DNA of 63,947 nucleotides, counting the filler, from Licmophora abbreviata (lineage: Eukaryota): the NCBI GenBank assembly GCA_900291995.1. It is 20 parts of 20 records of this genome, joined end to end, with 100 filler letters (N's around TTAATTAATTAA, not from the genome) between each part and the next. Parts side by side here need not be neighbours in the genome. Positions count along the whole stretch, not along the records: positions 31,923 to 40,428 come from OLMU01001871.1; positions 40,529 to 42,906 come from OLMU01001872.1; 18 more parts are not named here. One strand, 5' to 3'. The position numbers and the translations under genes are program-made. Of the stretch, positions 31,923 through 41,652 are shown piece after piece. Below the pieces are notes generated by a model. That model was not told where the DNA came from and made no database searches. It saw nothing but the letters and a program-made list of their open reading frames with translations. The first letter of the stretch is position 1; every line of letters begins with the position of its first letter.

Positions 31923-33818
31923 CTTGCACGGATGACCGACGGGCAGTTCATCCTCGTGCTCGAGCGCGCGGGCAGCGATCTGGTGATCTACGACAAGACC
32001 TGCCCCGACAACCGCGCCACCGTCTCGCTTGACGAATTCGCGCCGGTCTTCACCGGGCTGACCATCCGCGCCGAGGTTCCGCTCGACCGGCTGGCCGGCA
32101 CCCATCTCACGGACCGCCCCCGCGCGCATTGGTTCTGGGGGCAATTCGCGGACTGCCGACGCGCCATGGGCGAGGTGATCCTCGGCTCTTTCGTAGCCAA
32201 TCTTCTGGCGGTCGCCGTGGCGCTCTTCGCGCTGCAGGTCTATGACCGGGTGATCCCGCATCAATCCGAGGCAACGCTCTGGGTGCTCGCGGGCGGTGCG
32301 CTGCTGGCGCTGATGATGGAGGCGCTGCTCAAGATCGCGCGCGCCCGGCTGATGGACGGCGCAGGCCGCCAGATCGAGATGAACGTTCAGACCCTCCTGA
32401 TGAACCGCATTCTCGGGATGCGCTCGGAACAGGCGGGGCAGGCGCCCAGCCAATTGTTCAGCGCCATGCGCGAATTCGGCTCGGTGCGCGAGTTTTTCAC
32501 CGCTTCCACCATCGGCACTCTGGCCGATGTGCCTTTCATCTTTGTCTTTCTCCTGCTCGTCGCCTCGATCGGCGGCAATGTCGTCTGGGTGCTGATCCTC
32601 GGCGGGATCCTGATGGTGCTGCCGGGGATCTTCCTGCAGCGCAAGATGATCCGCCTGACGCAGGAAACCCAAGGCGCTTCGGCGAAATCCTCGCGCCTCC
32701 TGCACGAGGCGATCTTCGAGCTCGACACCCTCAAGACACAGCGCGCCGAGGACCGCTTCCGCCGCGTCTGGACCGAGCTGACCGCGCTTCAGGCGCTGAA
32801 ATCCAGTGAACAGCGCCAACTGGCCTCGGTGCTCACATTCTGGAGCCAGGGCATCCAGCAGGTCACCTATATCGCCGCCGTGATCTTCGGCACCTATCTG
32901 GTGTTTGCCGGGGAATTCACCGTCGGTTCGATCATCGCGATCAGCATCCTGACCAGCCGCACGCTGGCGCCCCTCACACAGCTTGCCGGTACCATGGCCC
33001 GGTGGGGCAATGTGAAATCCGCACTCGAAGGGCTCGATGCAATCGTCAACGCCCCGCAGGACAGCGCGCCCGACCGGACCTATCTGCGCCGCGAACGGCT
33101 GACCGGCGGGTTCGAGCTGCGCGAGGTGAAATTCACCTATGATGCCGACATGGCGCCGGTCGTGGATATTCCGGCGCTTGTCATCCAGCCGGGGCAGAAA
33201 CTGGCCCTTCTGGGGGCCAACGGGTCGGGCAAATCCACATTGCTCAAACTTCTGTCGGGCCTTTACGCGCCCACTAGCGGCCGTCTGCTGATCGACGGCG
33301 CCGAAATGTCCCAGCTCGAGCCTCGGGATCTGCGCCGCCTTGTCGGCTATCTGGGGCAGGATGTGCGGCTCTTCACCGGCTCCTTGCGCGAAAACCTGAA
33401 CCTGACGCTTCTGGAAAGCGACGATGACCGGCTTCTGGCCGCACTCGATTTCGCGGGGCTTGGTCCTTATGTGAAATCCCACCCCAAGGGGCTTGATCTG
33501 GAAATCCGCGATGGCGGTCAGGGGCTGAGCCAGGGACAACGCCAGTCGATTGGCTGGGCGCGCCTGTGGTTGCAGGACCCCGCGATCTGCCTTCTGGATG
33601 AACCCACAGCGGCCCTCGATCAGACGCTGGAACGCACGCTGGTCAGCCGGCTGGAGGGCTGGCTCGAGCATCGCACCGCCGTGATCGCCACGCACCGGGT
33701 GCCGATCCTGCAACTGACCAACCGTACCATGCTGCTGCAAAACGGGCGCATGGCCGTCGATGGCCCGCGCGATCAGGTGTTGGCGCATCTCGCGCAGCGC
33801 GCCGGGGCAGGGGGCTAG
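31923..33818 (+). CDS. T1SS ABC permease/ATPase (LapB/HlyB-like), 5' end in gap
   Basis: QVYDRVIP, GANGSGKST Walker A, LSQGQRQ, LLDEPTAALD. Confidence 0.93.
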   Translation, partial: LARMTDGQFILVLERAGSDLVIYDKTCPDNRATVSLDEFAPVFTGLTIRAEVPLDRLAGTHLTDRPRAHWFWGQFADCRRAMGEVILGSFVANLLAVAVALFALQVYDRVIPHQSEATLWVLAGGALLALMMEALLKIARARLMDGAGRQIEMNVQTLLMNRILGMRSEQAGQAPSQLFSAMREFGSVREFFTASTIGTLADVPFIFVFLLLVASIGGNVVWVLILGGILMVLPGIFLQRKMIRLTQETQGASAKSSRLLHEAIFELDTLKTQRAEDRFRRVWTELTALQALKSSEQRQLASVLTFWSQGIQQVTYIAAVIFGTYLVFAGEFTVGSIIAISILTSRTLAPLTQLAGTMARWGNVKSALEGLDAIVNAPQDSAPDRTYLRRERLTGGFELREVKFTYDADMAPVVDIPALVIQPGQKLALLGANGSGKSTLLKLLSGLYAPTSGRLLIDGAEMSQLEPRDLRRLVGYLGQDVRLFTGSLRENLNLTLLESDDDRLLAALDFAGLGPYVKSHPKGLDLEIRDGGQGLSQGQRQSIGWARLWLQDPAICLLDEPTAALDQTLERTLVSRLEGWLEHRTAVIATHRVPILQLTNRTMLLQNGRMAVDGPRDQVLAHLAQRAGAGG

Positions 33819-33821
33819 GAC

Positions 33822-35009
33822 ATGGCAACGCAAACCACCGATCTCTCTTCGCAATTCGGCGACCGGCTGCGCGGCTCGAGCCTGACGATATGGCTTTGCG
33901 CGGCGAGCTTCCTTCTGGTTCTGATCTGGTCCGCTCTGGCCTCGGTCGATGAGATCGTGCGCGCCGATGGCGAATTCATCTCGTCGTCGCGCCCCCAGAT
34001 CATCCAGAATCTCGAAGGCGGCATCCTGTCGGAGCTGCTGGTCAACGCCGGCGATATCGTGGAACGCGGCGACGTTCTGGCGCGTCTGCATGGCACGCAA
34101 TTCAAATCCTCGGTCGAAGAGCTGCGTGATCAGATCACCGCGCTTGAAATCCGTCGCCTCCGGCTCGAGGCCGAACTGGCCGGTCAGTATGATTTCACCG
34201 TGCCCGAGGATCTGGCCACCCGCAGCCCGCAAATCGTGGCCTCGGAACGGGTGCTGCTGAACGCCCGTCAGATCGACTTCGCCAAGCGCAGCGATGGTGC
34301 GCGCAAGATCCTCGTTCAGGCCACCGAGGAACGCGCGCTGATGGAAAACCTTCTGAAAAAGAACGTCGTGGCCCTTATCGAGGTGACCCGCACCCGCAAG
34401 GATCACGCCGACGCCGAAAAGCGCTATGACGAAATCGTCACCCAAACCGAACTTGACCGCGCCGAGGCCTATTCCGACACGCTCAAGGAATTGGCGACCC
34501 TGCGTCAGAACCTCAAATCCAGCCTCGATCAGTTGAACCGCACCGTGCTGACAAGCCCGATGCGCGGTGTGGTCAATACCGTCGGCGTGACCACCATCGG
34601 CGGGGTCGTGCGCCCCGGCGAACAGATCCTCGAGATCATTCCGCTGGACGAGGAGCTTTTCGTCGAAGCCCGTGTCGCGCCTGAAAACATCGCCAATCTG
34701 CGCCGCGGCCAAGAGGCGACGATCAAGCTCACGGCCTATGACTTCACCATTTACGGGACGTTGAAAGGCACGGTGGATTTCATCTCGGCGGATACGTTCA
34801 AGGAGGAAAACGCCCGCGCGCCGGATGGCGACCCGCATTACAAGGTGACATTGCGCGTCGACACCCAAAACCTGACGCCGCGCCAGTCCGGTATCGAAAT
34901 TCGCCCCGGCATGCAGGCGCAGGTCGAGTTGCACACCGGTCGGAAGACCGTGCTGCAATACCTGCTCAAACCGCTCTACAAGTCCCGCGAAGCCCTTCGC
35001 GAGCCGTGA
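33822..35009 (+). CDS. HlyD family T1SS periplasmic adaptor
   Basis: QIIQNLEGG, SPMRGVV, TAYDFTIYG, RPGM, KTVLQYLLKP. Confidence 0.93.
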   Translation: MATQTTDLSSQFGDRLRGSSLTIWLCAASFLLVLIWSALASVDEIVRADGEFISSSRPQIIQNLEGGILSELLVNAGDIVERGDVLARLHGTQFKSSVEELRDQITALEIRRLRLEAELAGQYDFTVPEDLATRSPQIVASERVLLNARQIDFAKRSDGARKILVQATEERALMENLLKKNVVALIEVTRTRKDHADAEKRYDEIVTQTELDRAEAYSDTLKELATLRQNLKSSLDQLNRTVLTSPMRGVVNTVGVTTIGGVVRPGEQILEIIPLDEELFVEARVAPENIANLRRGQEATIKLTAYDFTIYGTLKGTVDFISADTFKEENARAPDGDPHYKVTLRVDTQNLTPRQSGIEIRPGMQAQVELHTGRKTVLQYLLKPLYKSREALREP

Positions 35010-35019
35010 CCGGCCTCTC

Positions 35020-35457
35020 TCAGCTTTCCATCCAGATCGTCACCGGCCCGTCATTCAGCAACGCGACTTTCATGTCCGCGCCGAACCGCCCGGTTTCCAC
35101 CGGCACGCCCTCGGCCTCTAGGGCCTTGGCGAAATACTCGTAAAGCCTGGCGCCCTCCTCGGGCGGGGCGGCGGTGGAAAACCCCGGCCTGTTGCCCCGG
35201 CTGGTGTCGGCGGCCAGCGTGAACTGGCTCACTACCAGCGCGCTGCCGCCCATATCGCGTACCGAGCGGTTCATCTTGCCCGCCTCGTCTGTGAAGATCC
35301 TCAGCTTGGCGATCTTGGCCGCCAAATGATCGGCCTGCGCCTCCTGGTCGCCCTGCATGGCGCAGATCAGGATCAACAGGCCCGGACCCGTCTGGCCCAC
35401 CACCTCGCCTTCCACGGTGACCGAGGCATGGCTGACACGTTGCAACAGGGCGCGCAT
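35020..35457 (-). CDS. dtd: D-aminoacyl-tRNA deacylase
   Basis: [25 protein letters not shown]. Confidence 0.96.
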   Translation of the reverse strand: MRALLQRVSHASVTVEGEVVGQTGPGLLILICAMQGDQEAQADHLAAKIAKLRIFTDEAGKMNRSVRDMGGSALVVSQFTLAADTSRGNRPGFSTAAPPEEGARLYEYFAKALEAEGVPVETGRFGADMKVALLNDGPVTIWMES

Positions 35458-35534
35458 GGGCGGTCTCCTTCATGGGGCTTGGATCGGCGGCGCCATCCTT
35501 GGGCCAAACACGCGGCACCCGCAAGCCCCGGATC

Positions 35535-35548
35535 TTGATGCCTGTCAA
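35535..35548. promoter_or_regulatory. Putative FNR/FnrL-type box upstream of hsp20
   Basis: TTGAT-GCCT-GTCAA, one mismatch to TTGAT-N4-ATCAA, 63 nt before the ATG. Confidence 0.6.
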
Positions 35549-35611
35549 AGCGCCCCGCCCCCCGGAATGCGAGTCTCCCGTCGTCCTCAATTCGGTAAAG
35601 GAGCCTTTCAC

Positions 35612-36028
35612 ATGGTTGAGAAATCACAGACATCCGGCGCTTGGCCCTCGCTTTACGAGCCACTGCGCCATCTTGGACAGCGCGTGGCCGATTGGCTCTC
35701 GCCCGCCTCCGATGCCTCCGCCGATGACGCGGCCTACCGGATCACGATGGAGCTGCCCGGTGTGTCGGACGAGGATATCGACATCTCCGTGCATGACGGC
35801 GTGGTGACCGTCAAAGGCGAAAAGACCCATGAGCGCGAGGAAAAGGGCGACACGTGGTTTTTCTCCGAACGTCAATACGGCGCCTTCAGCCGCACCTTTC
35901 GCCTGCCCGCCGATGCCGATGGCGACAAGATCGCGGCCGATCTCAAGGATGGCGTGCTGACGCTCTCGGTGCCCAAACGCACCACCTCTGGCGGCGCCGC
36001 CCGCAAGGTCGCGATCAACCGGGGCTGA
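35612..36028 (+). CDS. Hsp20/alpha-crystallin small heat-shock protein
   Basis: ELPGV, ERQYGAFSRTFRLP, LKDGVLTLSVPK; RBS AAGGAG. Confidence 0.93.
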   Translation: MVEKSQTSGAWPSLYEPLRHLGQRVADWLSPASDASADDAAYRITMELPGVSDEDIDISVHDGVVTVKGEKTHEREEKGDTWFFSERQYGAFSRTFRLPADADGDKIAADLKDGVLTLSVPKRTTSGGAARKVAINRG

Positions 36029-36039
36029 CGCCCCCGCGC

Positions 36040-36714
36040 TCAGCCGCGCAGATCGAGGATATCGTCCAGACCTGCGCGTTCGGTGCGAAAGCCGTTGGCA
36101 GGGTCTTCCGCATCGCCATACCCGAACGAAATCGCACACAGGATCAGCCGCGTCTCGGGCAGGGCGAAATGCGCCCGGATCATCGGCGCATGCGCCGCGA
36201 CCGACGCCTGCGCGATCGTGTCCACCCCAAGCGCCCGCGCCGCCAGCATGAAGGCCGTGACGAACCCTCCGGTATCCATCGCGCCGTAAGCCCCAAGTGC
36301 GGCCTCCGAATGCACGATTGCCACATGCGGCGCATCGAACAGCGCGAAATTGCGCATCGATTGCGCGGTACGGGCGTCGCGGTCGTCCCGGGCGATCCCC
36401 ACCGCCTCGTAAAGCTGATAGCCACAGGTCCGCCGCCGCGCGCCATGGGCGCCGGGATAGCTCTCGGGCCAGGGCAGGTCCGGGGCAGGGGCCTTTGACG
36501 CAGCCGCCTCCAACAGGGCCTGTCGGAACGCGTCGGTCTGCGCGCCTTGCGTCACCGTGACCTGCCATGGCTGCGCGTTGCACCACGACGGCGCCCGCCC
36601 TGCCGCCTGAACGATCCGGGCGATCACGCCCTCGGGCACCGGATCGGGCCGAAAGGCGCGGCACGAATACCGTGATGTCATCAGTCCCCTAAGCGTCTCG
36701 AACGCATCAGCCAT
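36040..36714 (-). CDS. Nitroreductase family protein
   Basis: SRYSCRAF, APSWCNAQPW, FDAP, ISFGY; start overlaps the upstream stop (TGATG). Confidence 0.9.
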   Translation of the reverse strand: MADAFETLRGLMTSRYSCRAFRPDPVPEGVIARIVQAAGRAPSWCNAQPWQVTVTQGAQTDAFRQALLEAAASKAPAPDLPWPESYPGAHGARRRTCGYQLYEAVGIARDDRDARTAQSMRNFALFDAPHVAIVHSEAALGAYGAMDTGGFVTAFMLAARALGVDTIAQASVAAHAPMIRAHFALPETRLILCAISFGYGDAEDPANGFRTERAGLDDILDLRG

Positions 36715-37832
36715 CAGAAAGCCCCCGTATCCAGCACATCGAGATAGAAAAGCCCTCCCGCCACCAGCAGCATCGCCGCCACCAGCAGTGCGATCTTCCA
36801 AGCCGACCAGGGCCGTTCCCCCTCCACCCGGCCCGTGCGCCCGTTGACGACAAAGCGATAGGTCTCGCCCCGGTACTTGTAGGCCGCAAGCCAGATCGGC
36901 AGCAGCACATGCTTGAAGGTTACATCCGACACGTCGGTGCGGACCTCGTGGATGCGCTGCCGGTCGCCGCCGATATCGAACCGCACGTCGCGCGCGATCG
37001 CGGCATCCATGATGCTGCGCGCCTCGGCAAACCCCTCGTCCAACGCCACCGCATAGCCTTCGGCGCGAAACCCTGCCAGATATTCGGGGGTGTACGGCTC
37101 CAGCGCCGACAGATCCCACGGCTCCAGCGCATCGGTGAACTCCTTGGGCAGGCTGCGCGAGGCCAGCACCAGCACATCGTCAAACAACCGCGCCACCCGC
37201 CCCGAGGCCGGTCTCCAGCGTACCTTGGCCACCCGCACCTGCTCGTTCTCGCCGTTGCGCACGACCATGTTTGTCTCGTAATAGACCGTGCCGCGTTCTC
37301 CGGTATAGGCGGATTTGGTATCGGCGTCGAAGGTCCAGTAGGGCACGTAGATCCCCTGCATCCTCCGCCCCTTTCGCGCATAGGCCTGCAGGCCATTGGG
37401 CGCAAACCACAAGCCACCCAGCCAATCGGTCATCGCCTTGTGCGCCGCCGCCTCGTCCAGCGCGAAGGGCAACAGCGCCTTGGGCTTGATATGGCGGTGA
37501 ATGCCTGTATCGGTGACCACGGGCGTTGCGCAGAACGGGCATTCGGCGGCGTGAAGCGTTTCGTCGAACTCTACCTGTGCTGCGCAATTGGGGCAGCTGA
37601 CGACGCGGGTTTCCTCGATCTCCTGTTCCGGCAGATCGGCCCTCAGCGCGCGGTCGAAATCCAGCTCCTCGATGGGGCTGGCCCATGGGCCGGGCTGCGC
37701 GATGTCGTCGGCATGGCCGCAATGATCGCAGATCAGCCGCCCGGCGGCGGGATCAAACCGGTAATCTGCCCCGCATTGCTCGCAGGGAAAGCGGTGTTCT
37801 TGCAGGGGGGTGGTCTGGTCTTGCACGGTCAT
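36714..37832 (-). CDS. YdjG-like multi-zinc-ribbon membrane-anchored protein
   Basis: Four CxxC pairs (CEQC, CDHC, CPNC, CPFC), GIYVPYWTFD, LLPIW..Y..VNGRTG.V.GERP, C-terminal TM helix. Confidence 0.8.
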   Translation of the reverse strand: MTVQDQTTPLQEHRFPCEQCGADYRFDPAAGRLICDHCGHADDIAQPGPWASPIEELDFDRALRADLPEQEIEETRVVSCPNCAAQVEFDETLHAAECPFCATPVVTDTGIHRHIKPKALLPFALDEAAAHKAMTDWLGGLWFAPNGLQAYARKGRRMQGIYVPYWTFDADTKSAYTGERGTVYYETNMVVRNGENEQVRVAKVRWRPASGRVARLFDDVLVLASRSLPKEFTDALEPWDLSALEPYTPEYLAGFRAEGYAVALDEGFAEARSIMDAAIARDVRFDIGGDRQRIHEVRTDVSDVTFKHVLLPIWLAAYKYRGETYRFVVNGRTGRVEGERPWSAWKIALLVAAMLLVAGGLFYLDVLDTGAF

Positions 37833-37843
37833 TCCCTGCGTCC

Positions 37844-38269
37844 TCAGAGGATCTTGTGAAACAGCGATGGGCTGATCCGCCGCAAGGCCCCATCCCCTAG
37901 TGCCGTGTGGCGCCACAGGTTGAAGACGGCATGGATCATCGCTGCCGCCAGCAGCACCAGCAACACCGTGCGCGCCTCGGGACCGGGCAGGGGGCGCCCC
38001 AACCCCAGTGCAGCAAGGCTCACCGCTGACCACGCCAGCAACAGGTACAGCCCCCGGCTCATCCAAGGATGGGCCACGCGAAACGCGCCTTCAAGCTTCG
38101 GCCCCGGCCCGTTCATCACGCCAAAGACAGCCGCCAGCCCCGCCATCGCCGCCGCCGACAGCGCATACCCCCAGTCCAGCAGCGCCACCTCACCCGGACC
38201 GGCGGCCAGCACGAACAAGAGCAGCGCGGCGGTGCTCCAATGCAGCACGATGGTCGCGCGGCGTCTCAT
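37844..38269 (-). CDS. Small 4-TM protein, cytochrome b561-like
   Basis: LHWSTA, RVAH..LYLLL, IHAVFNLWRH..GDGALRRI resemble b561/YceJ motifs. Confidence 0.6.
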   Translation of the reverse strand: MRRRATIVLHWSTAALLLFVLAAGPGEVALLDWGYALSAAAMAGLAAVFGVMNGPGPKLEGAFRVAHPWMSRGLYLLLAWSAVSLAALGLGRPLPGPEARTVLLVLLAAAMIHAVFNLWRHTALGDGALRRISPSLFHKIL

Positions 38270-38290
38270 GGCTGGGTCTCCTTTCGCGCG

Positions 38291-39412
38291 TCAGGCCTCC
38301 GGCGGGGGCGGCGGCAGGATGGTGAAGAGCTGCGCCAATTCCGGCACATCCTCGGCACGTTTCCAGCCGTCCTGCCCTGCGGTCCAGACATGGGTTTCGC
38401 GGGTCAGTTTCTGCTCGCCCGCCATGCGCCCCAGATCGGCCTTGGAATAGGGACCATGCGTCTGACCCTGCTCGGCGATATGCCAGATATGCTCGACCGG
38501 CGGAGGCGGAGGCGGCGCTGCGGCGTGCTGCGCTGAAGCAGGTGCCGCGCCCCACGGGCCCTGACTGGCAAGGTTCTGCGCCATGGCCATGCCCATGCCC
38601 ATGCCAAGCCCCGCGCCGATCCCGCCGCCGCCCGACGGGTTCTTGGCTGCCGCCGTCATCGCCTCGGCGGCCGAATACTGCGTGAACCGGCCCAGATCCC
38701 CCGCCAAACCCGCCGAGGTGCGCTTGTCCAGCGCCTCCTCCACAGCGGGCGGCAACGAGATGTTCTCGATATAGAATTCCGGAATGCTCAGCCCGTATTC
38801 GGCGACGATCTTCGAGATTTCGGTCGCCACCAGCTTGCCCAGATCGCGGGTATTGGCGGCCATGTCGAGAACCGGGATGCCCGACCCGGCGATGATCCGC
38901 GAAAAGGATTGCACAATGATGTTGCGGATCTGGAAACTGATCTCGTCCATGGTGAATTCGCCATCGGTGCCGACGATCTCGGACAAAAACCGCGCCGGAT
39001 CGCTGATCTTCACCGCATAGGTGCCGAAGGCCCGCAGACGGGTTGGGCCGAACTCGGGATCGCGCATCATGATCGGGTTCTTGGTGCCCCATTTCAGATC
39101 ACCGAACCGGGTGGTGTTGACGAAATAGATCTCGGACTTGAACGGCGATCGGAATCCGTGATCCCAGTGATTGAGCGAGGTCAGGATCGGCATGTTGTTG
39201 GTTTCGAGCATATACAGCCCCGGCGTGAACACATCCGCCAGCTGGCCCTCATGGACGAAAACCGCCGCCTGACCTTCGCGCACCGTCAGCTTGGCGCCGT
39301 ATTTGATCTCGTGGCCCTCGCGCTCGAACCGCCAGACCATCGTATCGCGGGTGTTGTCGGTCCAGTGGATCACGTCGATGAACTGGCCGGACAGGAAATC
39401 CAGAATACCCAT
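38291..39412 (-). CDS. SPFH (YdjI-like) protein with C-terminal GYF_2 domain
   Basis: IDVIHW, LTVREGQAAVF, SPFKSEIYF, KWGT, LRAFG; GMGMGMAMA linker; WHIAEQGQTHGPYS..VWTAGQDGW. Confidence 0.88.
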   Translation of the reverse strand: MGILDFLSGQFIDVIHWTDNTRDTMVWRFEREGHEIKYGAKLTVREGQAAVFVHEGQLADVFTPGLYMLETNNMPILTSLNHWDHGFRSPFKSEIYFVNTTRFGDLKWGTKNPIMMRDPEFGPTRLRAFGTYAVKISDPARFLSEIVGTDGEFTMDEISFQIRNIIVQSFSRIIAGSGIPVLDMAANTRDLGKLVATEISKIVAEYGLSIPEFYIENISLPPAVEEALDKRTSAGLAGDLGRFTQYSAAEAMTAAAKNPSGGGGIGAGLGMGMGMAMAQNLASQGPWGAAPASAQHAAAPPPPPPVEHIWHIAEQGQTHGPYSKADLGRMAGEQKLTRETHVWTAGQDGWKRAEDVPELAQLFTILPPPPPEA

Positions 39413-39432
39413 CTTCAAACTCTCCTTTTGGC

Positions 39433-40392
39433 TCACATCGGCCCGGCTTGCTGGCCCAGAAGGCGGGCGACGATCGGGCGGGCCTGATCCGGGGTCATTC
39501 CCGGCGTCAGGGCAGGGTGGTAGAGCAGCTTCAGCAATTCTTCGTCATGGCGGGTCAGCAGCGCGAATTCGTCATCGTCATTGAAGATCGAGGGCCGCGC
39601 CCTCGGGCTGTCATTGGCCAGTCCCAGCCCCTGCGCCAGCTCTTCATGCACGCAGGACCGGCGCATCAGGTCGGGATGCTCGGAGCGGATGAAGGCGATC
39701 GCCCGCCGGTAGGTGTGATCGCTCTCGCTGCCCGAAAACGCGATCACCAGACAATGGATCGAGCGCGGCAGCGTCCGGAACAGCGTCAGCGTGGCGGCGT
39801 TGATATCCGGCACGATCTGCCGGATGCGCGCGATGGCCTCATCGCGGTCGCCCTCGGACATGAACAGAACGTGGAAATTGGGGTTGCGCGGCGCCATCGA
39901 GATCGGATGCCCGGTGATATCGGCCAGCCGGTTGGCATAGTCGCGCACCATGCGCTCGTCAAAGCTGCGCTGCGCTTGGGGTACGCCCGCGCCGAACTCG
40001 ACGGACAGGCGCACGGGCCGGTCCCATTTGCGCAGCCCCACGGCGGTATCGCTCGCCCGGCGGAACCCGGCGTTGCGCTCGTATTCGTCGTAAAACGCGA
40101 TGCGCTCGAAATTGCGCATAACATCAGTGTCGGTATAGGGCGTGTCGATGCCGCCTCCATCCGTGCGCAAAAGCCCCTGCGCCAACAGATCGGCCTGCAC
40201 CGCCGCGTAATAGCGGCTGAGGTTGCGGCTTGCCTCGCTCGGGCCTTGTGGTGGCTCGGGGGCGGCCGGCATCAGCTCGGCAGGGCGCGCTTGCGGTGGC
40301 GTGTCCGGCGCCTTGGGTTGCGTCACGCAGCCCGACAGGGCCAGCACCGCCAGCCCCGCCGTCATCGCCCGCCTGAAGCCCTTGCCGCCCAC
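39433..40392 (-). CDS. DUF2927 family lipoprotein
   Basis: Lipobox LALSGC, LRKWDRPVR, SCVHEELAQGLGLANDS..PSIFNDD..LTRHD. Confidence 0.8.
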   Translation of the reverse strand: MGGKGFRRAMTAGLAVLALSGCVTQPKAPDTPPQARPAELMPAAPEPPQGPSEASRNLSRYYAAVQADLLAQGLLRTDGGGIDTPYTDTDVMRNFERIAFYDEYERNAGFRRASDTAVGLRKWDRPVRLSVEFGAGVPQAQRSFDERMVRDYANRLADITGHPISMAPRNPNFHVLFMSEGDRDEAIARIRQIVPDINAATLTLFRTLPRSIHCLVIAFSGSESDHTYRRAIAFIRSEHPDLMRRSCVHEELAQGLGLANDSPRARPSIFNDDDEFALLTRHDEELLKLLYHPALTPGMTPDQARPIVARLLGQQAGPM

Positions 40393-40400
40393 CTGTGCCC

Positions 40401-41642
40401 TCAGCCTTTGGGAACTGCGGTGCCGGACNNNNNNNNNNNNNNNNNNNNNNNNNNNNNNNNNNNNNNNNNNNNTTAATTAATTAANNNNNNNNNNNNNNNN
40501 NNNNNNNNNNNNNNNNNNNNNNNNNNNNTCTCCATCTTCTTGAGCTCTTCCTCTGCCGTCGCACGCTTGGCCTTGCCCTCGTCGGCGATCTGCAGGCTTT
40601 CCTCGATCGTGCCGATCAGATCGGCATTCGCCTTCTTCACCGCCTCGATATCAAAGACGCCGCGCTCCATTTCCTGCCGGATCATCCGGTTGCTCTCGCG
40701 CAGGTTGGCGGCATTCGCGGTCAACAGCTCATTGGTCAGGTCATTGGCATCGCGCACCGCCGCCGCCGCCTCGGCAGACCGCTGGATCGTCACCGCCTGC
40801 GCCAGCTGCGTCTCCCACAGCGGCACGGTGTTCACCAGGGTCGAGTTGATCTTGGTCACAAGGCTCTTGTCATTCTCCTGCACCAGCCGGATCGACGGCA
40901 GCGACTGCATCGTGACCTGCCGCGTCAGCTTGAGGTCATGCACCCGCCGTTCCAGATCGTCCCTCGCCGCGCGCATATCGCGCAGTTCCTGGGCGCGGAT
41001 CACCTGATCGTTCTCGGGTGCGGCCGCAACCTCCGCCTCCTTGGCCGGGATCACATGATCGTCCAGCTCCTTGAGCTTCTCTTCGCCCGCCGCGATATAA
41101 AGCGCCAGCTCGTCATAGAATTGCAGCGTTTTTTCATACAGCAGATCGAGCGACTTGATGTCCTTCAAAAGCGTGTGCTCATGACGCAGCAGCTCGTCGG
41201 TGATCTTGTCGATCTGCGACTGGACCATCTCGAATTTGGCGGTGAACTTGGCAAAGGGCGCGGCCCGGCCCAGCAGTTTCTCCCACCAGCTGCGCTCGCG
41301 ACGCACATCCAGCTCGCTGACCGCAAAGCCCCGGATCGTGGTGACGATCCCGCGCAGACTGTCGCCCGCCGGGCCGACATCCTTGTTGCGCACACCGGTC
41401 AGCATGGATTGACTGATTTCCTGCAACTCCGCCTGCGCGGCCGAGCCGAACGACACGATCGAATTGGTGTCGCCCATGTCGATCTCGTCCATCCGCTTGC
41501 GAATCTCGCCCGCAACCGCGGGTTCCGCCTGTTCCAGCGGCACAATGGCGTTGGCCTGTGCAGGCTCCGGCAAAATGGTGCGGCTCACTTCCTCGACCTC
41601 GGCCAATGCGGCCTCGGCTTTCTGACGGGTGGTATCTGACAT
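40401..41642 (-). CDS. telA: Toxic anion resistance protein (TelA/YaaN family), split by linker 40429-40528
   Basis: FGSAAQ, QIDKI, LYIAAGE, LERRVHDLKL, QSLPSIRLVQEND..L..KI..TVPLW; stop at 40401 on the next contig. Confidence 0.88.
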
Positions 41643-41652
41643 GGCGTTCCCC

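Noticed and set aside
31875..34958. 1027-aa minus-strand ORF (also 856 aa at 28433-31003 and many similar)
   Set aside because: Antisense shadows of real genes caused by high-GC codon bias; no recognisable motifs.
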